Source: an uncultured Alphaproteobacteria bacterium | Lineage (GTDB): Bacteria; Pseudomonadota; Alphaproteobacteria; CAVTAV01 | NCBI GenBank assembly: GCA_963821875.1 | Contig: CAWGFE010000002.1 | Location: 3,014,021 to 3,078,020 of the forward strand | Length of the DNA: 64,000 bases | Direction of reading: 5' to 3' | In this document: one piece after another, positions 10,123 through 20,056 of the stretch | How the letters are laid out: each line of letters begins with the position of its first letter | Numbering within the stretch: the first letter of the stretch is position 1 | Program-made: the position numbers and the translations under genes | Notes under the pieces: model-generated | What the model was told of the DNA's origin: nothing | Seen by the model: only the letters and a program-made list of their open reading frames with translations | The model's database searches: none

Positions 10123-10611
10123 GTGTCGCCTTGGGTTAGACTTCACGATAGAGCCGCACGGCATCTTCGCCGTTCTTCTTGCCGATGGCGTCCCTCATCC
10201 GTGCCAAGAGGCCCGCGTCCGACCGCAGAGCGCCCGAACGTCGATAACGACACAGTCACTCTGGTACAGGCCGTTCCGTTCAAGCGACGTGGTATTGAAA
10301 TGAAGATGATCATCGAGAGCAGTACAGTCACCAATCCAGACGACAAGCCGATCAAGGCTGTAAGCCGAGCACACGCCTGGTGAAACATGTTCTGCAGCGG
10401 GCAAGCCAGTTCGATCAGAGATTTCGCTGTTAAGGTCGACAGCAACGAGCGCTATGTGGCGCGGGTTCTAACGCTGAGGTTCCTGGCTCCGAAGATCATC
10501 GAAACCATCCTGATGGGACGTCAGCCGACTGAACTCACCATCGACCGCCTCATCAAGCGGACTCGACTCCCACTGGACTGGACCGAGCAGGCGACAACGC
10601 TCGGCTTCTGA
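10123..10611 (+). pseudogene. serine recombinase/resolvase C-terminal remnants (two frames)
   Basis: ORF 10387..10611 ends ...RFLAPKIIETILMGRQPTELTIDRLIKRTRLPLDWTEQATTLGF, a C-terminal signature I recall from Rhizobiales recombinase-family proteins. ORF 10123..10383 has VPFKRRGIEMKMII...PDDKPIKAVSRAHAW. There is no catalytic N-terminal domain. Confidence 0.45.
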
Positions 10612-10826
10612 TAGAGAAACCGTACCGCCAAATACGTGCCGGGAGACGAATTCCTCAAATGGCTATATCGACGGCCTGACCCGCGTCTCTACAAACGCCC
10701 CTGTCCCGACACATTCCGCCTAACCCGCGGAAAACACGAGATATTATGGGAGACGCACGAATGGAGGGAAAATCAGCAGGACTTAGTGGCGGTGAACGCA
10801 GTCTCGAGCGAACCCGTCTCAGTTTA

Positions 10827-10850
10827 ATTTTCCCTGTTAACAGGGAAAAT
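10827..10850. repeat. 24-bp perfect palindrome ATTTTCCCTGTTAACAGGGAAAAT
   Basis: Read directly in the sequence. It is followed by CAGGGAATT copies at 10852, 10950 and 10971, and by the palindrome GGGAATTCCC at 10973-10982, all in an AT-rich stretch. Confidence 0.7.
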
Positions 10851-11633
10851 ACAGGGAATTTCGAACGAAATAGAGCCTCAGTCCGCTCCTAAACCGGAAT
10901 AACAGACTGAGATAGGGGAATAATATCGAGAATTCCGCGAAAATCAGAACAGGGAATTTTCTACAGGAAGCAGGGAATTCCCGTTGTCGAATAGCGAATT
11001 TTTGCCGCCGCCGGACCGGAAGTTAGCGTTGTACTGACCTTCCCCCCGATTATCTGTTCCGGCGTATATCTCTTCCGTGCCATTCTTCGCTCCTTCCAAG
11101 CTCAAAATAGCCGGAACTCTAACTCTCAACATGGACCACTTTTCAGGGGGCAGGTCAGTCAATCTTGATTGCCAAACGTCGCCAAACTTGGAATTTAGTG
11201 CACTGTCACCGTCATTTTGGCAACTTCAATATAGTCGCACCTTAAGTGCGACGGTCTCCGCCACGCCACACCGGAACCGGATCTGCGAAAATTCATGCTA
11301 CTGTTCCCTGACGCACCGGTAGACCTCATTGACAAGCAAATAGACAAAGGCCCGGTGAAAGCCAGAGAATTCCTGGCCCAAGAAGCCACGCGTTTGTGTC
11401 GCGGTTGAACGGTTTCCGCATCGAAACACTGGCGGAGAACGCGGTCACTTCTTAGTTCACCTAACGCGTCAGATGACCCGACAACAATATCAATCCGGCA
11501 TTGCCCGGATGTCGGAAAGTTAATCTTGCCCTGGCCTCCCGGCATGTTCAGTCAAGAAGCTGGCAGGTGCAGTCATGCCCAACCGATTGGCTCGCCATTA
11601 CCTTGTTCGCACGATAAGGCAGAAGGCGAGATT

Positions 11634-12338
11634 ATGGACGCCACCAAGCCAGCGATCGAGATTGAAAGATTGGAGTTCCAGTGGCCTGGAGGCGCTCCTT
11701 TAATTGCGATCGACAATCTGAGGGTAGATCGCGGTGAGCGCGTATTTCTGAAAGGGCCAAGCGGCAGCGGGAAGAGCACGTTGCTCGAACTCATAGCCGG
11801 AATCGTGAATCTCAAGACCGGCTCTATTCGTGTCAATGGCGCCACAATTAGCAAGCTCCGCCCCAGCGAGCGCGATCGTTTTCGAAGCAATCACATTGGC
11901 TTCATCTTCCAGCTCTTCAATCTCATCCCCTATTTGACGGTTCGGTCGAACGTTCTTCTGCCGTTGCATTTCTCGCCCGAGAGGCGGGAACGATTGAATG
12001 ACGTGGAGCTGGACGACGAGGTCGTACGTCTTCTGACAGCACTTGGTCTTGCGGGCGGCAATCTGCTGGAGCGTTTAACCACACAACTATCCATCGGACA
12101 GCAGCAACGTGTCGCCGCAGCACGAGCCCTGATCGGACGCCCCGATATCGTAATCGCGGATGAACCGACGTCGTCCCTCGACGCCGATACACGGGCCGGA
12201 TTCCTCCGGTTGTTAATGGCGGAATGCAGGACGCTGGGGACGACGCTCGTCTTCGTCAGCCACAACTCCTCACTGGAGACCTTCTTCGATCGCACATTAT
12301 CGATGAGCGATCTAATGCCAAACGCTCCGGCTCAATAG
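11634..12338 (+). CDS. ABC transporter ATP-binding protein (FtsE/LolD-like)
   Basis: Walker A GPSGSGKST, signature LSIGQQQR and Walker B IVIADEPTSSLD. Start taken at MDATKPAIEIERL. Confidence 0.85.
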   Translation: MDATKPAIEIERLEFQWPGGAPLIAIDNLRVDRGERVFLKGPSGSGKSTLLELIAGIVNLKTGSIRVNGATISKLRPSERDRFRSNHIGFIFQLFNLIPYLTVRSNVLLPLHFSPERRERLNDVELDDEVVRLLTALGLAGGNLLERLTTQLSIGQQQRVAAARALIGRPDIVIADEPTSSLDADTRAGFLRLLMAECRTLGTTLVFVSHNSSLETFFDRTLSMSDLMPNAPAQ

Positions 12339-12350
12339 CTGGGAACGACC

Positions 12351-13614
12351 ATGATCATCTGGAATTTGGCGCTAAAGAGCTTGTGGAACCGCAGAACGAC
12401 TGCTGCTCTGATGGTGCTGGCAATCTCGATCAGCGTCGCCCTGCTGCTCAGCGTGCAGATGTTGCGCACCTCGGCAAAACAGGGTTTTACCAACACGATC
12501 TCGGGAACCGACCTGATCGTCGGAGCCCGCACCGGTCCGATAAATCTCCTCCTTTCTTCCGTGTTTCGGATCGGCAACGCAACGACGAATGTAAGTTGGA
12601 AAACTTATCAGAAGATCGCCCATCATCCCGACGTGGCCTGGACAATTCCAATTTCCCTCGGCAACTCACATCGCGGTTTTCGGGTCCTTGGGACCGATGC
12701 GGACTACTTTCGGCACTACCATTTTGCCGGCGACCAATCCCTGCATCTTGTCGCCGGTCGCGAATTCAAGAACTTGTTCGAGGCCGTATTGGGAGCGGAC
12801 GTCGCTCGAAAGCTGCACTACAAGATTGGCGACTCCATAATCCTCGCGCACGGGGTCGGCGAGGTCAGCTTTGAGAAACATAAAAATCATCCATTTCGGG
12901 TCGTGGGCATCCTGGCCAAAACGGGCACACCGGTCGACCGGACGGTCCATGTCGGTTTGACGTCGATCACAGCTATCCATGTCGATTGGCGGACGGGAAC
13001 GCTGGCGCCGAAAAATGCGCGGGCAAGCACGGAAGCTCTGAAGCACATGGACCTGACTCCGAAGGACCTGACCGCCTTCCTCGTCGGAATGCGGTCGAAG
13101 CCTCTGGCTCTCAGGATGCAACGCGCCGTCAACGTGTATAAAGGGGAGCCCCTGCTTGCCATTATTCCGGGCGTCGCGCTCAACCAGTTATGGAGTCTGG
13201 TCGGTGTGGCCGACACGGCCTTGATGATCGTTGCCGCTTTCGTCGTCGTCGCCAGTCTGCTTGGAATGCTTACGTCGATCCTCACAGAGTCTGAATGAGC
13301 GACGGCGCGAGATGGCGATTCTGCGATCGGTCGGCGCTCGCCCGAGGCATATATTGGGGCTGATGGTAATCGAAGCGGGCCTATTGGCGGCGCTCGGCGT
13401 GATCTTTGGGACGATCTGGGCGTATCTATTGCTATTCTTGGGACGCCCAATTCTCCAACAGAAGTTCGGTGTATTCATTGAAATGAATATTCCGTCGTCC
13501 TACGAACTCTCTATTCTCGCTTTGATCGTATTGTCGGCTTTGATTATAGGATTCCTGCCGGCCTTCCGCGCTTATCGGAATACGCTCAGTGACGGCCTTC
13601 AAATACGTGTCTGA
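12351..13614 (+). pseudogene. FtsX-family ABC permease, interrupted by a single-base frameshift near 13285-13290
   Basis: N-terminal 315-aa ORF (12351..13298, frame 0) and a C-terminal ORF (13231..13614, frame +1) containing the conserved FtsX ERRREMAILRSVGA block. The frames join as ...ILT / SLNERRRE. Confidence 0.65.
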
Positions 13615-13625
13615 CGGAGGTTCAA

Positions 13626-14172
13626 ATGCATGCCGTTCACAAGAGGCTCCTGTTCGCGGCAACACTAATGGCAGTTGTCAGTCTGCCCCCAACGCCCAAC
13701 GGCGCCGCAGCGAAAGAGGATACAAAGATACAGAACTCTCAGCTGGGAGACCCTATTGCCGGTAGCCGAGAGAAAGAATTTCAACCCGAACCCGCCCCCG
13801 CCAGTGCATAGCTACCTCGGCGAGGGAAGCATGCCGGCCCTTCAGTCAGGTTCGTACACGCCTAATCCGGATCTCGACGGCAAGCTTGTTAAGATCCCTG
13901 GCTTCGTCGTCCCGTTGGACACAGACAAGAAAGGCGGGCTCGTCGACTTCCTTCTCGTGCCCTATTTCGGAGCGTGCATTCACGTTCCTCCACCGCCACC
14001 GAACCAAATTGTCTACGTGAAGATGAAGAAGTCCGTTCCGCTTAGTTCAATGCAGGATGCACAGTGGGTTATCGGAACGCTACACGCATCGATCAAGAAG
14101 TCGGATTTGGGTGCTTCGGCCTATTTGCTGGACGGGACTTCACTGCAACCGTATCAGTACTCGGATCAGTGA
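13626..14172 (+). CDS. DUF3299 periplasmic protein (possibly frameshifted between the signal peptide and the domain)
   Basis: The DUF3299 body (LVPYFGACIHVPPPPPNQIV) is in frame +1 from a TTG at 13675. The only signal peptide (MHAVHKRLLFAATLMAVVSLPP) is in frame 0 from 13626 and terminates at 13811. DUF3299 is commonly linked to FtsEX-like ABC pairs. Confidence 0.5.
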
Positions 14173-14289
14173 CAGCTCGCGGCACCGGGCGTTCATCTAG
14201 CGTTCCTTGCTTTGGTTGCCACAACTCTTGAGACCTTGAAACGGCCACGGACGATGCCGTCTTCCGAGGACCGAGTTATACGGTTGCGG

Positions 14290-15279
14290 TCAGTGAATAC
14301 CCATAGGACATGCTGCTAACGCGACGCCGGATCTCCCGCACTGCCGAGTTGCTCTGGGAGCCTCGCCGAAAGTCTTGCGATAGGACCTCGAGAAGTGAGC
14401 CGCATCCTTGAACCCGCATTGTAGCGCGATTTCTGTGATCGAACTGCTGCGCGTACGGGGATCGACCAATAGCTCCCTTGCTCGATCTAGACGTTGTCGC
14501 CAGATCAATGCCGCTGGCGTCAGACCGTCACCTGCGGAAATCCTGTATAACTGTCGAAGCGAAACGTCGAAATAGTCGGCGATGGTTTTCGGCGTCAGCT
14601 CGTCGCTATCGATCTGCGCGTTTATGTAGTCAGTTATTTCTTGTACATCAAGCAACGGACGAGAGGTGGCCATCCCTCTGGCGACGGGGCACTTAGCTCC
14701 CAGCGCCCGAGCCAGCAGTTGCAGCGTGATTTCCATCGAGTCAAGACTGTCGAGCGTGGGCCCGTGCCGAACGAGCGACGCCAAAGTATCTGACAGGAGC
14801 GCTCCCGCACCGCTGTTTCCCTTGATCAAAGGGACCATAGGAATCGAGTTGACATCGAGATATTGTTGTACCGTCTCAGCGGGAAGATGGAACGAGAACT
14901 GGTGGAAGTCCGGCCCGACCTCAAATACAGACTGATATCTGGAATCGATGAGCGTACAGTCTCCGGGTCTCAGATAGGTTTCCTTGCCGCGCTGCCGCAT
15001 GATTGCGGCCCCTTTTGCCTGGAAGATCAGGAAGTAGCGATCTCCCGGGTAATATTCGTCTCTCTTTCGATCCTTGATGACGCGACCATTCGAAAGACGA
15101 ATGTCGGCAACCTTCAAAGTGCCGATCGTCCGGGTGTTGATGCTGCCTTTGAAATCCCACCATCGATCGCAGACCACACGATAGGCTCCGCACACGCGCC
15201 CCATCGCACGATTGCAGCTCTCCAGGTCCGACAATGTCCGGGCGGAACTTGCAGCCATCTGTCCCCCTCCGCTCCCCAT
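14290..15279 (-). CDS. AraC-family transcriptional regulator
   Basis: C-terminal AraC HTH (ITEIALQCGFKDAAHFSRSYRKTFG) with an N-terminal sensing domain. Confidence 0.8.
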   Translation of the reverse strand: MGSGGGQMAASSARTLSDLESCNRAMGRVCGAYRVVCDRWWDFKGSINTRTIGTLKVADIRLSNGRVIKDRKRDEYYPGDRYFLIFQAKGAAIMRQRGKETYLRPGDCTLIDSRYQSVFEVGPDFHQFSFHLPAETVQQYLDVNSIPMVPLIKGNSGAGALLSDTLASLVRHGPTLDSLDSMEITLQLLARALGAKCPVARGMATSRPLLDVQEITDYINAQIDSDELTPKTIADYFDVSLRQLYRISAGDGLTPAALIWRQRLDRARELLVDPRTRSSSITEIALQCGFKDAAHFSRSYRKTFGEAPRATRQCGRSGVALAACPMGIH

Positions 15280-16100
15280 GCGTCGACAAAATCGAGGTAT
15301 CTTTTCAAGATCACCACACGACTATTAAAGTCGACTTTGGTCGAGTATAAGTTCCGCCATATTATTGTCAATCAGGTTGCGAACAGGGCACCGGTTTGCC
15401 ACATCACACTCACTTCAAAAATCGAGACAATGATCACAGATGATATAAAATCGGAGGCTAGCGACGACGTAAATTTCTGGGAGGGCGCCCGTGACGCTGC
15501 TTAGTACGCGCAAAAGCACGTTGAGAAAGAACGGCATCGCCCGCAGAAGGCGTCTTCTGGATGCGGCACGCCTCCTCCTCCAGGACCACGATCTCGACGA
15601 GATCAGTCTGGGAGATGTGGCGGCAGAAGCTAAGGTGCCAAAAGGTTCGGCCTACCACTTCTACTCCGACATCAAGGATCTCTATGTCAGCCTCCTTGCC
15701 GATGTTGAGAAAGAACTGCAGAAGATCTTGCAAGCGCCTATCCGTCGCCGGGTAGACAGCTGGGCGAACGTGGTCGAGATCCTGAATGAGCGCGGCATGA
15801 AGTATTACGCGAAGCACGCTGCCTCGATGAAGCTGCAGGTCGGGGCGAAGACGCCTCCGGACTTGAAACTCCACGACCGGAAGAGCGACGTCGATCTGGG
15901 AAAGATCTATGAGCAACAGATCAACGTGTTCTTCGAACTGCCCGATATTGATAACCGCTCGACGATCTTCTTCAGAGCAATCGAGATTGCGGACCTGATG
16001 TTCTCCCTGTCGGTCCTCGAACATGGATACATCACGCCCGAGATGGAGGAAGAAGCCAAACGCGCGATGTGTGGCTATCTCAGCTGCTACATTCCAAAAG
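15029..16100. repeat. direct repeat copy A (AraC 5' part, divergent promoter, TetR)
   Basis: Near-identical to 19296..20015 apart from an internal ~355-bp segment (15390-15745) that copy B lacks. Confidence 0.85.
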
Positions 16101-16141
16101 AACTGCCGCGACGGAAGCGGAATGGATCAAAGAAGGCTTAG
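15491..16141 (+). CDS. TetR-family transcriptional regulator
   Basis: N-terminal TetR HTH (EISLGDVAAEAKVPKGSAYHFYSDIKDLY). 216 aa. Confidence 0.8.
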   Translation: MTLLSTRKSTLRKNGIARRRRLLDAARLLLQDHDLDEISLGDVAAEAKVPKGSAYHFYSDIKDLYVSLLADVEKELQKILQAPIRRRVDSWANVVEILNERGMKYYAKHAASMKLQVGAKTPPDLKLHDRKSDVDLGKIYEQQINVFFELPDIDNRSTIFFRAIEIADLMFSLSVLEHGYITPEMEEEAKRAMCGYLSCYIPKELPRRKRNGSKKA

Positions 16142-16601
16142 GCCGTATGGGGCACGCAGCCTGATGCCTGGCATAGGATACGCGATGCCGCGAGATCGGC
16201 ATTACTCAGACGAGCAATTTGCCGCTCCCGGCACCGGACCAAGAACTTACCGCCCTCGCTGGAGGCCAGGAAGCGATCGACGTGGCCATCCCGAGCCAGG
16301 ACACGGTTATCGAGGCCTGCACCGTTCGGCGAAAGGCAATCTTCGCATTCCGTCATATTGATCGATAATGGGTTTGGTCGCGGCTCGAAGCGTAACCTCG
16401 CCGTTGGAGTCGATACGTGCACTCTGCAAAGAGCCGTCGCTACAGAGCATGAAGAAGTCGTGCGCGCTGGGCGGATAACCCAGGGCGTAACCCGGCGTAT
16501 CGACTTCCCTTGACCGTGGTGGCCGGCGATCTGAGAAAAGCGTTCAGATGCTTTTCGTCCCCCTTGAAGTTCGCCGATTTCATGGCCGCGGAATACGGGT
16601 A

Positions 16602-16802
16602 TTAGGTCGAGCCTACAACGCGCACTATGACGCCCGCCAAATTCAGCCCAATCCCAAGCTTGCGGCCATGTTCGATGACATGACACAGCGCGCATTGTTT
16701 GAACAGATTGGCGCCGCGCGCTGCATCCCCTTCAGCCGTATGAACAATTCCCGGCATCAAGAGAAATGCTGCTGATATCGCAACAATACTTCTCTGCAAC
16801 AT
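16602..16802 (-). pseudogene. class I cytochrome c N-terminal fragment
   Basis: Signal peptide plus GDAARGANLFKQCALCHVIE (CxxCH), but the ORF stops after 66 aa. There is no Met-ligand region and no continuation in another frame. Confidence 0.45.
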
Positions 16803-16817
16803 TTCGCGTCTTTTCGG

Positions 16818-19190
16818 TCACCAATTAACGCGCGCCGTCACACCATAGGTGGCTGGAGGGGCATAGTAGGAAGTCGTGCCCAGAACGCCGAGGTTGAGCG
16901 TATAAGCCCTGTATGCTTTATCGAAGATGTTCTTACCCCACAGGGTCAACTGGAACTTTTCGCTCGGATCCGTCCAGCTTACCGACGCGTTGGTTACATT
17001 GTAGGAGGGCTGCAAGGACGAGCGGCCGTTAGTGACTTCAAGATACTGATCATCGTACCAAACACCGTCGACTTGCAGGGCCGCGGTGCCCACGGGTAAA
17101 TCAAAGTCGTAACGGACCAGGTAATTGACGCTGAAGCTCGGAGCATTGGGAAGCTTTGCGTCGGTAATGAATTTCTGCGGAAAGGTGCACTGGAATGCAC
17201 CGCCGATATTGGTGCAGTATTGCGCGTCCGGCGCGCCGGGGAACAGCTCCGGTGCGATTTGTTGGCCAACGCCCAAGATGCGCTTGACCTTCGACGTCTC
17301 CCACGTGCTTCCCAACCTGATGTAGAATCGGTCGATCGGCTCCCACGTCGCTTCCAGTTCTGCCCCAGTCGCCAGCGCGTCACTGTTACTGACTTGCGGG
17401 GTGCCGTTAAACACCGCAAATGCTTGATAATTGTTGTAGATATAATGATACGCAGTCCCGTTGACCCGCAAACGCTGGTTGGGAGTGGTGTATTTGATGC
17501 CCAGTTCAAAGCTATGCAGCGTCTCCGGACCGTGGCGGAACGTGGTCGGCGTGATATTCGGACTGAGCGTCCAGTTACCCCCCTTGATTCCACGATTATA
17601 GGAGGCAAACAAAAGCATGCCGGTCTGTGGTTTCCAATTCAGCGAAACACGCGCTGCGTAGTCGCCATAGTGGATTCGATTCACCCCGGGATTGCTCGCC
17701 GCCAGAATCTTGTCGGTTGTAAGCACCGCATCAGGAAACCCGGAGTCGACCAGCAGCGAGGTGTAGTCGATGGACTTGTTGTCCTTTGAGTAGCGCAGGC
17801 CGCCGATGACGGAGAACTTGTCGGTGAAGTGATATTCCGCCTGCCCAAATAAGGACCAATTCTTCGAGTTCAGTTTGTAGGGCTCTGTCACCGATGGGTC
17901 ATTGGCGGCGCCGTTGATATCGAAAGCCGCTCCGAGCACCGGTGCTCCCTGTGTCACGTTTTGACCGTCGATGGTCATGTCCAGATAATAGGCGCCGACT
18001 TGCCAATCCACACGATCCGTGTTGCCCGATAACCGCGTTTCCTGAGAGAACTGATCGTAATTGACGTCAGTGCGGAAGATGATGACCGTGATCGGTATCG
18101 CGTCTCCATCCTCCTGATAGTGCTTGTTAAAGTGCGTATAATTGGTGATCGAGGTCAGTTTCACATTGCCAAGCTGCCAAGTAATGTCGGCTTGGCCGAT
18201 GTTGACCCGACGGTCTAGGAAGCCGGGCGTGTTCGAGAAGTTCTGAAAAGGAGATGCTTTTGCACCGGTAATGCCATTGATGACGCCGCCGGAGCCGTCG
18301 GTGAGACCCGCGGGATCGACGTGACAGAAACCGTTCGGAAGAAAATCGCAGTTGTCGAACACATAGCCACCAGTTGGGACATTGTGATCGCGCGAATATT
18401 TGTACCATAGCTCAACGAGGAGGTCGGGCGTCACATCTATCTGTGTAGTGGCGCGAAGTGCATAGGCGTTCTGCCCACCCAGGTTCTGGCCATCTCCAAA
18501 CAAGCCATTGGCGGGATCGGCGTCTGCCGACTTGATATAACTTCCACCGAGTTCCCTCCGCGTCGCAATGCGGAATCGCCAACCGTCAGTGATCCCTCCG
18601 CCGACCGCTCCTTCCAGTGAGCGCGAATTGAACCGTCCATAGCTCCCTTGGACATAACCGTTAAAATCGGAGTCAGTCGCGCCATTGCTTATATAATGGA
18701 CTAGGCCGCCGGTCGCATTTCGGCCAAACAAAGTCCCTTGTGGGCCGCGCAGCACTTCAACCCGTTCAAGGTCAAACAGTTGCCCGCTTATGCCGTTCAT
18801 TGAGCCCATATACGCGTTATCCATATACACGGCGACGGGCGCTTCGAGGTTGTCCTGGAAATTGTTTTGTGAGATGCCCCGCAAATTGAAGATCGTAACA
18901 TTTGGCGACCAGGCATTGATGTGCATACCAGGAATCTGCTGGGTGATACCTGTTGTCTCGTTGATGCCGAGCTTGCTGAGCTGATTGCCCGTTAGTGCGG
19001 ACACGGAAACCGGCACGTCTTGAAGATTCTGACTGCGTTTCTGTGCCGTTACGACGACGACGTCGAGCAAAGACCCTTTGTTCGCAGCGTCCTCGCTAGT
19101 TTGGGCTATCGCCGCGCTGGCGGCTCCAACCGCGGCAATCGCTGAAGTGCACAACAAAATCGTTCGTACCAGCGTGGAATTGCGGAACAT
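16818..19190 (-). CDS. TonB-dependent receptor
   Basis: 790 aa with a signal peptide, a plug domain (DVVVVTAQKRSQNLQDVPVSVSAL), and many beta-strands ending ...TARVNW. Confidence 0.9.
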   Translation of the reverse strand: MFRNSTLVRTILLCTSAIAAVGAASAAIAQTSEDAANKGSLLDVVVVTAQKRSQNLQDVPVSVSALTGNQLSKLGINETTGITQQIPGMHINAWSPNVTIFNLRGISQNNFQDNLEAPVAVYMDNAYMGSMNGISGQLFDLERVEVLRGPQGTLFGRNATGGLVHYISNGATDSDFNGYVQGSYGRFNSRSLEGAVGGGITDGWRFRIATRRELGGSYIKSADADPANGLFGDGQNLGGQNAYALRATTQIDVTPDLLVELWYKYSRDHNVPTGGYVFDNCDFLPNGFCHVDPAGLTDGSGGVINGITGAKASPFQNFSNTPGFLDRRVNIGQADITWQLGNVKLTSITNYTHFNKHYQEDGDAIPITVIIFRTDVNYDQFSQETRLSGNTDRVDWQVGAYYLDMTIDGQNVTQGAPVLGAAFDINGAANDPSVTEPYKLNSKNWSLFGQAEYHFTDKFSVIGGLRYSKDNKSIDYTSLLVDSGFPDAVLTTDKILAASNPGVNRIHYGDYAARVSLNWKPQTGMLLFASYNRGIKGGNWTLSPNITPTTFRHGPETLHSFELGIKYTTPNQRLRVNGTAYHYIYNNYQAFAVFNGTPQVSNSDALATGAELEATWEPIDRFYIRLGSTWETSKVKRILGVGQQIAPELFPGAPDAQYCTNIGGAFQCTFPQKFITDAKLPNAPSFSVNYLVRYDFDLPVGTAALQVDGVWYDDQYLEVTNGRSSLQPSYNVTNASVSWTDPSEKFQLTLWGKNIFDKAYRAYTLNLGVLGTTSYYAPPATYGVTARVNW

Positions 19191-19199
19191 GACTTTCCC

Positions 19200-19547
19200 C
19201 TAAATTGTCAACGATTTCCGGTGCGCAAATTGTTCTACGCTTGCCCCGCCATGCACCAAGGCGACGCGGAGTTCATCGAAGCCGTACTCAGGGCAAAAGA
19301 AGTAGCGATCTCCCGGGTAATATTCGTCTCTCTTTCGATCCTTGATGACGCGACCATTCGAAAGACGAATGTCGGCAACCTTCAAAGTGCCGATCGTCCG
19401 GGTGTTGATGCTGCCTTTGAAATCCCACCATCGATCGCAGACCACACGATAGGCTCCGCACACGCGCCCCATCGCACGATTACAGCTTTCCAGGTCCGAC
19501 AATGTCCGGGCGGAACTTGCAGCCATCCGTCCCCCTCCGCTCCCCAT
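19200..19547 (-). pseudogene. AraC regulator N-terminal duplicate fragment
   Basis: The first ~83 aa match the 14290..15279 product almost exactly, then diverge at the repeat boundary. No HTH domain. Confidence 0.6.
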
Positions 19548-20015
19548 GCGTCGACAAAATCGAGGTATCTTTTCAAGACCACCACACGACTATTAAAGTC
19601 GACTTTGGTCGAGTATAAGTTCCGCCATATTATTGTCAATCAGGTTGCGGTGTAGGAGTGCCGGGTAGACAGCTGGTCTAACGTGGTCGAGATCTTGAAT
19701 GAGCGCGGCATGAAGTATCACGCCAAGCACACTGCCTCGATGAAGCTGCAGATCGGGGCGAAGACGCCTCCGGACTTGAAACTCCACGACCGGAAGAGCG
19801 ACGTCGATCTGGGAAAGATCTACGATCAACAGATCAACGTGTTTTTCGAACTGCCCGATATTGATAACCGCTCGACGATCTTCTTCAGAGCGATCGAGAT
19901 CGCGGATCTGATGTTCTCACTCTCCGTGCTCGAGCACGGCCGTATCACCAACGACATGGAGGAAGAGGCCAAACGCGCTATGTGCGCTTATCTCGAATGC
20001 TATATTCCAAAAAAT
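19296..20015. repeat. direct repeat copy B
   Basis: See copy A. The two copies bracket 16100-19296, which holds the TonB-dependent receptor and the cytochrome c remnant. Confidence 0.85.
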
Positions 20016-20030
20016 TGGCACCGAGACTCA
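19683..20030 (+). pseudogene. TetR regulator C-terminal duplicate fragment
   Basis: Matches residues ~95-205 of the 15491..16141 product. It lacks the start and the HTH, and after ~20015 its frame runs antisense into the SDR gene. Confidence 0.55.
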
Positions 20031-20056
20031 TGTCGTCGACTGGTGAATAGCCGCTC

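Noticed and set aside
10636-10827. 63-aa ORF next to the recombinase remnant
   Set aside because: Too short and without recognisable features. It might be an excisionase-like remnant, but the evidence is insufficient.
16138-16695. 185-aa minus-strand ORF
   Set aside because: Cys/Arg-rich low-complexity product with no recognisable domain. It overlaps the cytochrome c remnant region and is probably a spurious high-GC ORF.
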